From the IMG/VR virus record IMGVR_UViG_3300032275_000001, positions 45,995 to 109,994 of that record: a DNA stretch of 64,000 bases; one strand, written 5' to 3'. The first letter of the stretch is position 1. Each line of letters begins with the position of its first letter. This DNA comes from a virus (Duplodnaviria > Caudoviricetes). The notes beneath the pieces were generated by a model. The model saw nothing but the letters and a program-made list of their open reading frames with translations. It ran no database searches and was not told the origin of the DNA. Both the position numbers and the translations under genes were made by a program. This document shows positions 39,801-51,600 of this stretch, piece after piece.

Positions 39801-42800
39801 TAAACTTTTAAACTTCACTAGAGCATTTGCTACAGTGTTGGATAAACTTTCAAACACTACATCTGTTACAAAGATGGTAGATAAACTTAGTGACTTGGCT
39901 AAAGATGATCCTAACTATGTTAGATTGTTTCAACGTGTAGGTGGTAAGTTATCTAATAGAAGTGTTCCATTCAGTGACTTTGATGCAACTGACTGGAGAT
40001 ACTTTATTCAGTTTACACAAACATTTACTAAACAAAAACCTGATGCATTAATTCAATATAAAGAAGGGACAGAAACTTATGTAGCTCCTGCTAATTTATA
40101 TACAGCAATTAAACAAACTCAAAATGGTTGGATGGAGAACATTAAACTGTTATCATCATCAGATGCATCATTAATTAGTTATGATAAAGTTAATAAAACA
40201 TATCAAGTTGATACAGAAAGAATACAAAATCTACCAACTAATTTTCCACAAGATAGAGTTAAGTTCTTAGAAGAGATAGGTATTGACTTTCCATTGGAAG
40301 TTTATAATAAATTAAAAGATCTTGAACAAGTTTCATTTGAAAAAGCAGTAAGTGCTATTAAAAAATATCTAGGTGCTGAGAAAAATATAATGACTGTATC
40401 AGGAAAGACTCTTGGTAATATTGGTGGTCAGTTTACTAAGTTAGCAGAACTATACAACAAAGTAACCAATCCTAATCAAGAGAGTACATACTCAGGAGTG
40501 GAAGGACAAAAGATAGGTGCCTTTGCTGAGAACAATGTTCCTTCATTATTTGAAAATGAATTCAATGAAGCTAACACACTTGATGAGTTATTAGAGAAAA
40601 GACCTGAACTAAGAGATGTTTATTCTAAAGGAAGTCAAGTCTTGAAGAAAGGTGGATTATTCTTTGATGCAGAAGGTAAGAGAATCAAAGAGATGAAAGT
40701 TTCTTACATACAAGGAACTAAACTTATTGATGATAACAAAGGTATAGCTACAACTAAATTAACTTTAGGAGAAAGGTTTACACAAGAAATAAATCAAAAC
40801 CTTGATGGTAACTATTATGTATTAATTCCTGCAGATGGTTCTACTGAGTGGATGATGAATCTTGGTAACACTATAAAACTAAAAGAGATTGAGGGTGGAA
40901 GAGCTTGGAGTAAAATCAATAAGATATTCAAAGGATATTTAATGGATGACATTAACTTAGCTTTAGATGCTGATAATAGAAAACAATTACGAAATATTAC
41001 AGATAAAGCTAAGGAGTTAAGATTCTTCAAAGATATACTTTCTGAAAAAGCACTAGCTGATATAAATGAACTTATATCTGATAATGCTACTATGGAATCA
41101 TTTGAAACTTACATTAGTGAGAATGCAGAAGATATTAATAATTCTATAAAAGAATACATAGATTCAACTGTTGTTGAAACAAGAGCAATACTTGAAGAAA
41201 GTAAACAAATTAGATTACTTAAAGAGGGTGTATACGCTTATAGTGGGTTAATTGATGCATTTGCAAAAGATGAATCATTTAATAAGTTAGCTCTTTCTGA
41301 TCAAACAGTAAATGATATATTGACATTTGCTAATGTTAATTACATTATCAATAATATTGAATACCACAAAGTTTTATTTGGAGATCCTTATCAGTTTGCT
41401 ATTAAGAAAGATGGATCTTTAGATGAAACCAAACGTATCAAATCTTTCTTATCTCCTAGAAGAACTACATTTGATACTCCTGAATTTAATACATTCTTGA
41501 ATCAAAACTTAAATAAGATTGGTGAGATCAATTTAAAACCTACAGATCCTGGATACCAACAATTCAAAGCTTATACTAACACTGTAACATTTAAAGATAT
41601 AACTACTGCAGGAAGTCTTAGTAATGCTATTTCTGCTTATAGTAAAACAAATGAAGCTGATGCAATGTCTTGGTTAATGGATGGTACATATAGAGAGATT
41701 AAACTTAAGAATGGTCAATGGAGTGAAGAAGCTGAAGCTTGGCACCAATGGCAAATGGCTTATACAAGACAAAACTATCCAGGATATACATACACTAGTG
41801 ATAACCTTAAAAGACATGATGCTGCTTTAGTTAAAACTAAAGAGCCTAAACATGTAATAGAAGTATTAAAACCTATTGTGTCTGGTAATAAATATGGTAA
41901 AAACAATTTAGATCTTGTGCTAGATAAGTTTTCACAAATGCCTGTATACTACAGTATGGTAAAAGGTACTACACTGGAGAAACTTTACACTAATATGTTT
42001 GAAGCTGGTATAGGATATGCTATTGTTGAATCTGGTAGAAAGGTTGGAGCTGAAGAGCTACATTCATTATACAATCAAGATGGTTCATTTAATGATAATG
42101 CATTTAATAATAATATTCAAGTACCTTGGAAAGCTTATGGTATCCAAGTAGAAACTGCAACAGAAGGAACTAAAGAACAAACAAGAGGATCCCAGCTTAC
42201 TAAGTTATCAAGTATGGATTTATTTGATAATGGAAACACTATTGGAGCTACACCTGAAAGACAAGAAGCTATTAGAAATGAATACAATCGTAATGTAAGA
42301 ATCTTAAATGATTTACATCAACATGGATATAACACTCTATTAACTAGACTTGGTGTTGTAGATAATGGGAACGGATTTACACTTAAAAATGGTAAAGCTG
42401 TATCTGAAACTCTTATGCGTGAATTGTTAAGAAGAGAAGCTTCTGATAATACAATAGATACATTACAGCTTGATAAAGAGACTAATCAATTCTTAATTCC
42501 ATTTGAAGCATCTCCTTCTTATATTGAGATAAGAAATGTTCTTTACTCATTAATTGATAAATCTATCATTTCTCCTAAGATGAATGGTGGTGCTCATGTG
42601 CAGGTTCCTGCAACAATGTTTGAGCAAGCAACTAAAGGAAGAAGTCTTGCTATTAAAACAGCAGAAGGTTGGAAGAAAATATCTAAACAAGCTTATAATA
42701 CTCTTTCTGATGCAGATAAGAAAAACGTAATGTTAACTGATGATACACTTAAGTTTTACACTAAAACAGATCCTTATTGTGAAATATTACTTCCTCATTG

Positions 42801-45675
42801 GTTAAAAGGTAAACTTGGTCAGCATGCTAATAAAACAGATGAAGAACTAATAGAATACCTAAACAATACACCTGATGGTAAAGCTTTGTTACAAGGTATT
42901 GGTTTCCGTATTCCTACACAAGCTCTATCCTCTGTAGAAGCAGTTAGAGTGAAAGGTTTCCTTCCACAATACATGGGATCAACTGTTGTTGTTCCTTCAG
43001 AAATCACTACTAAAGCAGGATCGGATTTTGATATAGATAAGTTAAACATGTACCTTAAATCTACTTACTTAGATAAGAATGGAGATGTTAGACTAATCAA
43101 ATACATGGGATCAGAAGAAGCTACTAAAGAGTACTATGGTGAACTATTTGATAAAGGATTACTTCTTACTAAACAACAACAACGTGAACTTGAAAGATTT
43201 TTAGAATCTTCAAAGACCACTCCAGAATTAAATGCTTTATTATATTCTTATACAGAAGGTTCAGTATTTGATAAAGATGATATAACATCAGAATTTCTTT
43301 CAGATTTAGCTAAGCAAGGTATTAAAGAAACTGTTATTGGTGAAATGTATAAAAAATCTTTAGAAAATGAGTACTATGATTCTCTTGAGAAACTTGTTAC
43401 ACTTCCTGAAAACTTTGATAGACTTATATCACCTATTGATGATGCTGGACTTAAATCATTGTCAACTAAACTGGATGAGTTAAGAGGGTATGATGAGACA
43501 ACTATTAAGAATAGAATACTTAATAGAAACTATATGACTACACTTAGAAACTCATTTGTTACTGCTAAGAGGTGGGTAGGTATTGCTGCTGTTAATATTA
43601 CAAATCTTTCATTAAAACAAAAGAGTGAAGTGTATATTGATACTAATAAGTTCTATGACTTATCTGAACAAGATAGAAAATTCTTAGGAGATGGAACTAT
43701 TGCATTAAAACATAATACAGTGTTAATTGGTGGAATAGAAAAAGTTTCTTTATCCGTAACCACTGTAAAAGATTCTAATGAACTTATATCTAATAGACTA
43801 TCTGGGTATGCAACATCTTTTGTGGATGTAGCTAAAGATGATTATATAACAAAGATTATACAATCAGATCTTGTGATTCGTACATTTATGTTCCTTGAGA
43901 ATATTGGAACTGGTGAACAAGCAGCCATGTTTTTAAATCAACCTATTATTTCTGAGTATTTAAAATATCTAAACAGCATAAGTGCTAAGAGTTTGTTTAG
44001 TCAAAAAAATATTGTAGTTATGAAAGATAAATTCATCACTACAGGAGACATGTTTAAGAATACAGAATTAGATGTAACTAACCTAGAAGGTAACATAAAA
44101 GATTATTACACAGGAACTATTTTTAATGCAAAACAAAATGCTAATCAATTACGTATACTTGACGAGTTCTTGAAATATGCTAAGATGGCTGAGTTTAATT
44201 TTAAATTCACACAAGCTACAAACTATGATACCACTAAGCTAAGAAGTGCTGAAACACTTTCTAAGAAACAATGGAGAACACAAACTGCATTAGATACAAA
44301 TATAATAAGTTCTGTTGATAATATATTGAACTCTACATTCATTGGCCCACAATCTAAATTCTTAGATAAATCTACTGAAGCAATGGGAGCTGTTCTTAAA
44401 CTTGATCAACTTGAGTTTAAAGAAATAACTAACACTGTTCTTAAAAGTTTTGGTGATAATGAGTATTTAGCTAATGATAAGTTTGAAAAGATAGCAGTAG
44501 AAATTAAAGCTGCATTTATTGACTATGTTGTACAGAATGATACTAAATATAGTGATAGAATAAAAGAATTGCTTATAGATGACAACACTTCTGTAGCAGT
44601 TAGAATGGAGATAGCTAAAAAGACTAATCCAAGTTTACAAATTCTTAAAGAATTACAGGCTGATACAGGAGAAAGACCTGATGGTGTAAAAACTATTAGA
44701 TTAAAAACGAGACCTGAGAATGCTATGGATAAGAATATGTATACAGGAATGATGAGAGAACTTAGAGATACTCCTGCAACAAATCAATTATATAAAGATA
44801 TTGTAGAACTATCTATATTACAAGGAACTTATGCTTCTCCATTATCTATTAGAGAGATTATTCCTATAGAAGATTATAGTGCTATAGTTGAACCAATTAT
44901 TTCTGGACTTGTAGCTAATCAAAATCTTGACAAGTTTACTGAAGGATGGTATCAAAGAAACAATTTTAGAAATTCTGATGTTTTTCCTGTTATAGAAAAT
45001 ATTAAATTCTTTCAATCATTTACAGAAGAACCTATACATACACCAGAAGGAGATTTATATAAATACTTTTCTTATTCATTTCCAGCAGCAGAAGGTCTTG
45101 GTATAAAATCTGAGGATAGAAAAATTCTTTTTCTTAGTGAGAAATATAACTTTATGGATTTAAAACATGATTATGTTAAAATTCCAAGAGTTGTAGGTGG
45201 TATAGATATGGTTAATGGTAGAGAAGTTAACTCAGCTGATTATGCTAGACGAAAAGCCAAAGGTGATTATTCATTAAAAGATTATTTTGGATATGCAAAA
45301 GTTAAAAATGATTTTGGTCAACCATTGATTGTATACAATAAAATTAAAAATAAAATAATAGGTCATCATGTATATAAACTTATCAATCTATATGGAGATG
45401 GTGATAGAGCTACAGAGAACTATGAATATTTCAAACCATCAGCAATTGACAATGGTTCAATGAAAATTAGTTTAGAGATCCCTAATGCTGATATTATTAA
45501 TTATTATGGTGCTGGATTAACAAAAGAAGATGTATCTTTACAGACAGAAGATGATAATACAATAACATTGAAAGATGGTAAAGAATATAACAAGTCTGAT
45601 ATCAATAGTAATATGCTAGAAGCATTAGGATATAATCCAAAAGAAATAGGTAAAATTTTAAAATCAATATGTTAA
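33886..45675 (+). CDS. Giant virion-packaged DNA-dependent RNA polymerase (crAss-like, phi14:2 gp66 type)
   Basis: 3929 aa; GFRIPTQ and catalytic GSDFDIDK (43024-43041); zincin-like YHEIFE segment near 38947; hydrophobic N-terminal region. Confidence 0.9.
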   Translation: MPIFDNELIDNTSNRNYEKPKVDLRSIVLPEVDTNPNMGGFESYNQVPAKRGLTVDEISEMSRGVRGSTGWDSPIELVSKGELLSNKRYPMFQRDVDLENIYGLQQSWYSKLGRSLVKTGITAAGTFAQSLTDIPNTVSAIKSGNISKLSGDPNGYEGSIDSWMKNMEDAIPNYMTREEKAHPYLAMIPFAPGSANFWGESVLKNLGFTAGAIAGAALQDVAIGAITGGIGEVPLVANQIGKAALWLNKLAGGTNKIDTVLDLAKGLGKTEQQLLKIEKLGNLAQSTKVLNGARYGVITWGAAQTEAGVESRDGYRHVKEELIKEYKIQNYNEEPSGDALAEIENYATNAMNTRFGINMALLTVSNAVQFGNLFKSFTTAQKGITGTLAKELGTAGKIGLKEGSIDVFEKKAATGLGGRIWDSVKPKLANVLSEGVYEEGGQFAAERGTYDYYTRKYKNLSNPNNKKNWDDLNEITSSTTYGLSEQFNTTEGVNNMIVGGITAMLTGSAQQFYDYKKGNGADKRLDSSINALNRYGLTGILSDKYDNTLSSMAIAKEMQAAADSGNIFKYKNLKHDMFFNYVQSRIPSGMHDVTIEQLNMLKDLNKEDFEKSFGMDFNASNQNTVAGYVDSLIEKANYIKSTTEAIDGTFKNPFAYNVDPKNEEEATESFNHATFENWKKDLTYYGTVKDDVNDRLESIEEKVIASNPLVNNDILAKVTDKDSLTELSRSYEEQANILNGTINENTTTADRKAIREQVKALRTSSEKINLALNNGNLDLKTFNSILNFELNNQDGKKDDVVGFENATELFNYGADINRLNNLKKNSSEIFDNLATEKGFNKYFKQAEDIAKEEVPLEDLEKAETSFTFVNKEKVKEPLQVDREYEIKATKKASIKKLADDRYQVTSPDGTVSFHKTKEEAAEEAKDLTDESTNLSKVKVLALNEDGTVKVEDVNGDILNIDSKRLSGYKKLETDQEKLLKNKEQLTKEQADIENNSGTVVITTDTSFTPMDEAGAIVDANIFFQSGTTESEDYNDPTLSAQHVKNSREFLNNIDLLPNKGSMRAILVTPGQEKLVGLEGLAKLSYGSYDMSNILDVENGFIGQVFIVQEGGKSYFIDKTGTQLGEVGKQLSEEDMKKVIFQTMRTTKTTDSKGNPRFRGKQQELFEAYKKEYIKFREDLIANQDQMPAPFEFTVSRGIPKENTNPDGTKERNHVGGILIGKDKIGSQENLIVIPTTGSIFHNGQSIKFPDGTPVLQYGSTLQFLNNKKFNTKEASTIFQVVKAFAADTLAQSESGAPIRLNRDYSDYLQNVLYWRVGQTKTNNQININTTAMTIQIGGKEYSMSEIANNEKEIVDNLKEAFNAINNTTLTKKFDEEFLEYTLDKNGDLNKEPIEWKNYQTYLLSDKNPDGSARSIDSTPLTTSVAAPTADIPYSFKQRYATIESMGLFISTPTVEAKAAEPSAPGVEKIGEYTIGNDTPNTYKLSGDRPVIFTAEIDENGKVSVQIESNETTKAIATNKTADGKKVVDEVIIPALKTIALENEQEFDLLKTDEEYVFDYLGNTIASDLQNKKDAAVAPEEAPVVEETVVEEAPVVEEEKKEIPTGADRFSGGPANLPGYRAVGADGNERMTDAELQLFKAWHAENVPTIPYEVVDTLITMHNGEKAWGAFEDGVAKFVRGGLRGTEYHEIFEGIYKGMLSPEEQQELLDEFKSNQGVFTDRQSGKKINYADATDLQAKERIADDFADFRKGKLPARSLGEAIRNLFSRILNFFKSFVTNPSLKEDLFRAIDTGKFKERTLSPTVFNEAAEYRAVEGLTEQQTREFVQDMTARAAGILYSEGEKGLLFSPDGITSGSMYSKIKAQYSNEYYANGFSKMELLGDVAWDELKEKTTLSLRTLGISFNEEDKVSINDEEANKNDYAPEPFSTDWKKNSTGAIKFSLATLLEVQATNQENSLSFKLPAPKVSSVVGFKLLNFTRAFATVLDKLSNTTSVTKMVDKLSDLAKDDPNYVRLFQRVGGKLSNRSVPFSDFDATDWRYFIQFTQTFTKQKPDALIQYKEGTETYVAPANLYTAIKQTQNGWMENIKLLSSSDASLISYDKVNKTYQVDTERIQNLPTNFPQDRVKFLEEIGIDFPLEVYNKLKDLEQVSFEKAVSAIKKYLGAEKNIMTVSGKTLGNIGGQFTKLAELYNKVTNPNQESTYSGVEGQKIGAFAENNVPSLFENEFNEANTLDELLEKRPELRDVYSKGSQVLKKGGLFFDAEGKRIKEMKVSYIQGTKLIDDNKGIATTKLTLGERFTQEINQNLDGNYYVLIPADGSTEWMMNLGNTIKLKEIEGGRAWSKINKIFKGYLMDDINLALDADNRKQLRNITDKAKELRFFKDILSEKALADINELISDNATMESFETYISENAEDINNSIKEYIDSTVVETRAILEESKQIRLLKEGVYAYSGLIDAFAKDESFNKLALSDQTVNDILTFANVNYIINNIEYHKVLFGDPYQFAIKKDGSLDETKRIKSFLSPRRTTFDTPEFNTFLNQNLNKIGEINLKPTDPGYQQFKAYTNTVTFKDITTAGSLSNAISAYSKTNEADAMSWLMDGTYREIKLKNGQWSEEAEAWHQWQMAYTRQNYPGYTYTSDNLKRHDAALVKTKEPKHVIEVLKPIVSGNKYGKNNLDLVLDKFSQMPVYYSMVKGTTLEKLYTNMFEAGIGYAIVESGRKVGAEELHSLYNQDGSFNDNAFNNNIQVPWKAYGIQVETATEGTKEQTRGSQLTKLSSMDLFDNGNTIGATPERQEAIRNEYNRNVRILNDLHQHGYNTLLTRLGVVDNGNGFTLKNGKAVSETLMRELLRREASDNTIDTLQLDKETNQFLIPFEASPSYIEIRNVLYSLIDKSIISPKMNGGAHVQVPATMFEQATKGRSLAIKTAEGWKKISKQAYNTLSDADKKNVMLTDDTLKFYTKTDPYCEILLPHWLKGKLGQHANKTDEELIEYLNNTPDGKALLQGIGFRIPTQALSSVEAVRVKGFLPQYMGSTVVVPSEITTKAGSDFDIDKLNMYLKSTYLDKNGDVRLIKYMGSEEATKEYYGELFDKGLLLTKQQQRELERFLESSKTTPELNALLYSYTEGSVFDKDDITSEFLSDLAKQGIKETVIGEMYKKSLENEYYDSLEKLVTLPENFDRLISPIDDAGLKSLSTKLDELRGYDETTIKNRILNRNYMTTLRNSFVTAKRWVGIAAVNITNLSLKQKSEVYIDTNKFYDLSEQDRKFLGDGTIALKHNTVLIGGIEKVSLSVTTVKDSNELISNRLSGYATSFVDVAKDDYITKIIQSDLVIRTFMFLENIGTGEQAAMFLNQPIISEYLKYLNSISAKSLFSQKNIVVMKDKFITTGDMFKNTELDVTNLEGNIKDYYTGTIFNAKQNANQLRILDEFLKYAKMAEFNFKFTQATNYDTTKLRSAETLSKKQWRTQTALDTNIISSVDNILNSTFIGPQSKFLDKSTEAMGAVLKLDQLEFKEITNTVLKSFGDNEYLANDKFEKIAVEIKAAFIDYVVQNDTKYSDRIKELLIDDNTSVAVRMEIAKKTNPSLQILKELQADTGERPDGVKTIRLKTRPENAMDKNMYTGMMRELRDTPATNQLYKDIVELSILQGTYASPLSIREIIPIEDYSAIVEPIISGLVANQNLDKFTEGWYQRNNFRNSDVFPVIENIKFFQSFTEEPIHTPEGDLYKYFSYSFPAAEGLGIKSEDRKILFLSEKYNFMDLKHDYVKIPRVVGGIDMVNGREVNSADYARRKAKGDYSLKDYFGYAKVKNDFGQPLIVYNKIKNKIIGHHVYKLINLYGDGDRATENYEYFKPSAIDNGSMKISLEIPNADIINYYGAGLTKEDVSLQTEDDNTITLKDGKEYNKSDINSNMLEALGYNPKEIGKILKSIC

Positions 45676-45678
45676 GTT

Positions 45679-48600
45679 ATGGCAAATTGTCCAAATAAGA
45701 ATTTAGAAGAATGGAAATTACTAGTAGCATCTAGAGGAGAAGATGTAGCTTATTACCTATGGGATAAATATAACACTCGTGTTCCTGAATCAGAAAGTAA
45801 AATAGAAATTGTAAAGACTGGTTTAAAAGCTACAAATATTTTACAATCTCCTAAAGCTGATCAGTTCTTTGGTGCTGTAGCTAAAAACAAAATCTCTGGT
45901 GATTTCTTCTGGAAGAAAATGCAAGCTGATCTTGGTGTTCCTAAAGATCAGTTAGAAATTCTCAAGTCATTTAATACACAAGATAGAGGAGAACTTATTT
46001 CTTCTCTTCTTGCTAATTATAGTTTTGCTATTGAGATTAACACTGCTAAAACTAAAGACACATTAACTTCTTATGAAGAAAGTGGAGGAGTTAGTGCTTT
46101 TAAAAGAGATGGAAAATATTATATGTCTGATCCTGATGTTGGAGAAAGTAATGAAATTACTAAAGAAGCTTATGATCAATGGATAAAAGATAGTAAAACT
46201 TTTTTAGATAAAAATGCTGATTATTATTCTAACCTAACAGTTCCAGGAGGAACTAATTATACAGAGAATGAAATAGCTACACCAGCTATTACACCAAGTA
46301 TAAAAGGACATGCTCAGTTTGCTACAGACCAAGGTATAGGTTGGTTTAGAAGTGATGAACAAGCAGTAGTAACTTCTCCTGAAAATGTTGAAGATGATAT
46401 AGATTTATGGACAGCTAAAAAAGTTAATGGTAAAATAATAGTACCTACAAATAAAGCAACTAAAACTCGTAGAATACTAGAAGTACAATCTGATCTTTTT
46501 CAGAAAGGTAGAGATAGAAAAAATTTAACTGGTATTCCTACTAATAGTGTTATTACAGCAGCTCTGTTTGAAAATGAAGAATATAGTTTTGAACTAAATG
46601 ATTATGCGTATGATGCAGTTGTAGAAGATATATATTATGAAGAAGAAAATCAAACCGAACCAACTACTGTGTATTATAAAAATGGCATGAGAATTTCTAA
46701 TAAAGAAATGGAAATTGCTAAAAAAGAATATGAAAAACAAAATATTCCTCAATCAAAAAATCAATTCTTACAACTATTAAACCAAGGATCTAACTGGGTA
46801 ACATTCTTTGTTAAATCTATTATACAAGACAGTGCTAAGAAAGGATATGAGAAAGTGTTATTTCCTTCTGGAGAAACTGCTGCTAAAGTAGAAGGTCATG
46901 AAACATTAGCTAATCAATTACAAACAATGAATCAAGATTTAGAAAATTTTAAATCTGATTTAGAAATAGAAAAAACAGCCCTTGCTAAATTAGAGTCTTT
47001 TAGAAAATTAAAAGAAGAAGAACTTTATGAATATAATCTTACAAAAGATTCTTTAGAAAGAGAAATTACAAATGTAGAAGGAAGTATAGTTTCAACTGAT
47101 ACAAAAATAAATCAAGTAGAAGCTAAAATTAAAAATTATAAAGATAATGGTATAGGAAAACTTAAACCTATTGAAAACTTCTATGAAAACACTGTAAAGA
47201 ATGTTCTTAACAAACAATATGGTAAAGAGAATGTAAAACAAGTTACTGATGAGTATGGTAATACATGGAATGAAATAAACATTGTTCCTGAGAGAGAACA
47301 ACAACCTATAATGTTACAAAAGAAAGAAGGACCTATACCAACATCTGCTTCTTCAAAAACTATTGCTGCATTAAAAGATTTCATTAAACGTATTGGTGTA
47401 GATATAAAGAATGTAAAAGACATTGTTATTGATGGTGTAAGACAAGATGCTAATGGTGCTGCATTTATGATGCAAAAGCTTATACAAGTGGTAGAGGGTA
47501 AAGAAGCACAAGCTCTTCCTGAAGAAGCTATGCACTTTGCTATTGAGATAATTGAACAGAAAAATCCTAAACTATTTAATCAATTTCTTAAAGAAATTAC
47601 TGATTACACTATTTATAATGAAGTGTTGAGAGATTACTCAGATGATCCTAAATATCAAACTCCAGAAGGCAAACCAGACATCCGTAAGTTAAAGAAAGAA
47701 GCTATTGGTAAAGTGTTAGCTGAAGTGATAATTAATCAATCTGAGGGCATCAGTGAGCATCCAGAGAAAATAGCTAAAGTTGAAACTTGGTGGTCTAAAA
47801 TAGTTGACTACTTGACAAACTTATTCACTACAAGTGGATTTGATAAAGCTTCTATGGATATACTTTCTGGCAAGAGTATTGGTACAGCTGAAGATATAGT
47901 AGATGGAGGTGTATACTTACAAAAGACAGAACAAACTAAACAAGAACAAATTTATAATTCAATAAAAGAAATAGCTAGTAAGATAAAGAAAGAAGATGAT
48001 GGTTATTCTATAGATGGTAAAAAGATTGGTGAGAGAGTGTCTGATATTGTAGCTAAGTGGTATAAAAGAAGACTTGGAGAAGGATCGTTAACTAATGATG
48101 AGTTCACTAATACAGTAAATGATCTTAAAGCAACTAAAGGTACAGCAGGACATGCTGATCTTGAACATGCGTTTGAAATATTTGTTGATGAGAATGGAAA
48201 ATTAAGAGATGAAATATTAAATGATGATGGATATGTTTCTCAATTAAATCCTAATGATAGGACTATGTATGATATATTGAAGAAGAATCTTCAAGATAGA
48301 CTTGCTACATTCCCTAAAGGAACTATATTCATGTCTGAAGCTACATTGTATGATGCTAAAAGAGATCTTGCTGGTACTGTGGATTTCTTAGCTATTACAC
48401 CAGAAGGAAAGGTGAACATTCTTGACTGGAAGTTCATGGATCTTAATACAAATAAGTATGAAGACATCCCTTGGTATAAAATCAATGCATGGAACATTCA
48501 GATGGAACAATATAAATACATGATTAGTCGTGTATACAATGTTAAGAATGAAAACTTTGAACAAACAAGGATGATTCCTATCAAAGCTGTTTACTCAGAG

Positions 48601-51600
48601 GCTAATAGAAAAACAGGAGCAATGCCTCAATTGCTAAGTATTAAGATTGGTGATGTAAATGTTAAAAATATACAAGAGGATTATTTAATTCCTGTAGGTC
48701 TTGAAGCTGAAAAAACTGGAAACAAAAAGATTGATGGCTTATTAGAAAAACTAAATGGTATCTATAAAAAACTTTCTGCAGAGAAAGCTCTTCCTTCAGA
48801 AAAAATAAATAAAGCTGAGCAATTGAATGCTTTGTTTTCTGCTATTAGACAATTGCAAATGAAACAAAACATTGCTCCATTGTTATATCAAGCAAAAATA
48901 TTAAACAAACAAATTGAAGCTACTATAGATATATATAATACTAAATTCAAGGGTCAGGATAAATCTAAATTTACTGAGCCTGAAATTAGTGAATTCTCAA
49001 ATACATTAGAAGTTATACAGCAAGCTTTAGATTCTTATATAAATCTAGATACAGAATTAAAATTCTTATTTCAAGGTGAATTATCTGAAGAAGATAAGAA
49101 GTTAAAAGAAGAACTTAGAGATACAGTTGATAATGCTAGAGAGTACAAGGATCAATTAAAAGATGTTGATATAGAATATATTGAAAATATAGTTGGTGGA
49201 TCTGCTACAGCTGAGAAGATAGTAAAAGGACTAACTAAATGGTTTGGCAACACTGCTACAATTCAATTGAAAGCATTAGATGTGCTATTTAAAAAATCTA
49301 ATAAAGCATATGCTTTAGCTGGAATGGATGTTCAAACAGAAGTTAAAAGACTAACTGATATAAAGAGTTCTTTTGAAAAGTGGGCATCAGCCAAAGGACT
49401 TAGTGTTAAAAATCAATTTGATTTACTTAAGAAGAAAGAGTCTAATGAATTAATCGATGAGTTCGATCCTAAGTTCTATTCTACATTAAAAGAAAAGATT
49501 AAAGATAAAGACATTAGTTGGATCAAAGATAATGTAGATGTAGAAGCATATAGAAAATATCTTGAAGAAAAAAGAGAGGAAGAGTATCAAAGAATTGATG
49601 ATAAGGCTGCGTACAGAGTAGGTAGCGAAGAACAAATTAATAAAGATATAGCTAGAGAGAAATCTAAAGTGAGTGATCTTTATAATATTCTATCAGATAA
49701 ATCTGTAGGATGGTTACTTGAAAATGATATAAAGAAGTTTCCTAAAAGAGAAACTTGGGAATCTGCTAACTGGAAAGAATTAAATAAACCAGAGAATGCT
49801 CCAGCTAAAGAGTTCTATGATTATATTAAAGAAAGAAATCAATATTACCAAAGTATAGGATATATAAATGCAGCTGATGCTAGAACGTTTCTTCCATGGG
49901 TTAGAAAAAGTTTTACAGAAAAACTTATATTTGGTGGGAATGTTACAATAGGAGAACAGTTCTTAAGAAACATATCTGTTGATGAAGGAGACACAGGATA
50001 TGGAGCGATTGACCCTAATACAGGTAAACCAATTGACACTATACCTAGATACTTAACAGGTAAGATAAATGGAGAAGTATCTACAGATTTATTTAAAACT
50101 ATGGCAATGTACAATGAGTTTGCTATTAAGTTTAAATATTTAACAGATATAGAAGCACAGGGTAGAGCTCTTGTTAGATTGGAAAGAAATAAAAAAGCTA
50201 TTGCAACATCTTATTTTGGTAAAACTGAATATAAAGATGGTGTACTACAATATAATCCAGATAACACAGAGAACACTAAACTAGTTGAGGATATGGTAAA
50301 AGCTATTATCTATCAACAACAATATATACAAAGTGATACATTTGATCAAGTGCTAGGAACATTTGGTAAGTTAGGTGAAAGAGTTAATAAAAAGTTAGGG
50401 ATGAAAATACTTCCTGAAAACTTAGAAGGAAGACAAGTTTCTGTAAACAAAGTAGTTACACAATTAAATAATTCATTCCAAGTGATGACATTAGGATTGA
50501 ACCCTCTATCTTCTTTGTCAAATTTATTTGGTGGTAAGACACAATCATTTATAAACTCAGGTAAGTATTTTACTAAGACAGATTTTGTAACTACAGAGAT
50601 GTGGTTATTAGGAAATAAAATGGGTGGACAAGATAAACAAAAAGCATTAGCTGCTTTAGATTATTTCATTCCATTCACTGATAATTATAATAGACAGGCT
50701 GCTACAAAACTTTCTCTAAATAAGTTAAATGATGAGGCTGTTCAAGATTTTCTTATGGTTATGATGAGAAGTGGTGAGGAGTCTGTACAGACTACTAACT
50801 TCTTTAGCTTTATAAAGAATTCAATTGTATTAGATGCTCAAGTGATTAATACTAGAGAGTATTTAAAATCAACTGATGAATATAGAGACTTCTATGCAGG
50901 AACACAAAGTGAAAGAGATGCTAGAGCTACAAAGTTTGAAGAAGATGTAAAAGCTCTTAATGAAGAGAAAGGTGTTTTACAATTAGGAAAAGTTGTTGAG
51001 GGTGAGTTTGTAATTCCTGGTGTAGAAAGAAAGTCTGATTCTGTAATAGAACTTAGAAGAAAGGTGCAACAGTTCACTAGTGATGCATTAGGAAACTTAA
51101 CAGAAGAGAACAAACGTTTAATCAACTTAAATGTATATGGTAAATCATTCATGGTGTTCAAGAACTGGATTCCTAGACTTGTAGATGTACGTATGGGTAA
51201 TGTTAAATATAATTCTGCTTCTGATGCATATGAATGGGGAAGAACTAGAATGTTTGTTAGAATGATATCTGAAGATCTAATGGGATCTGTAGGAAACATC
51301 ATTAATACATTACAAGGAAATGATAAGGGGATGGCATTTGTTAGAGAACTCTATGAAAAAAAGAAAGCTGATTATGAAACTGATACTAATAAAGAGTTTC
51401 AAATGACAGAGGCTGAGTTCACTGATCTTGTTAAACAGAATTTAAAAAATCAAATTGTAGATTTCTTATTCTATGCAGGATTGTTTGCATTATATCTAGG
51501 AGTGAAAGCACTTGCACCTGATGATGATGAGGACCCAGCAGTAAGAAATCAACACAAGTTTGCATTAAAAGCAATTGATAAACTTAGAGATGAGATTGGA

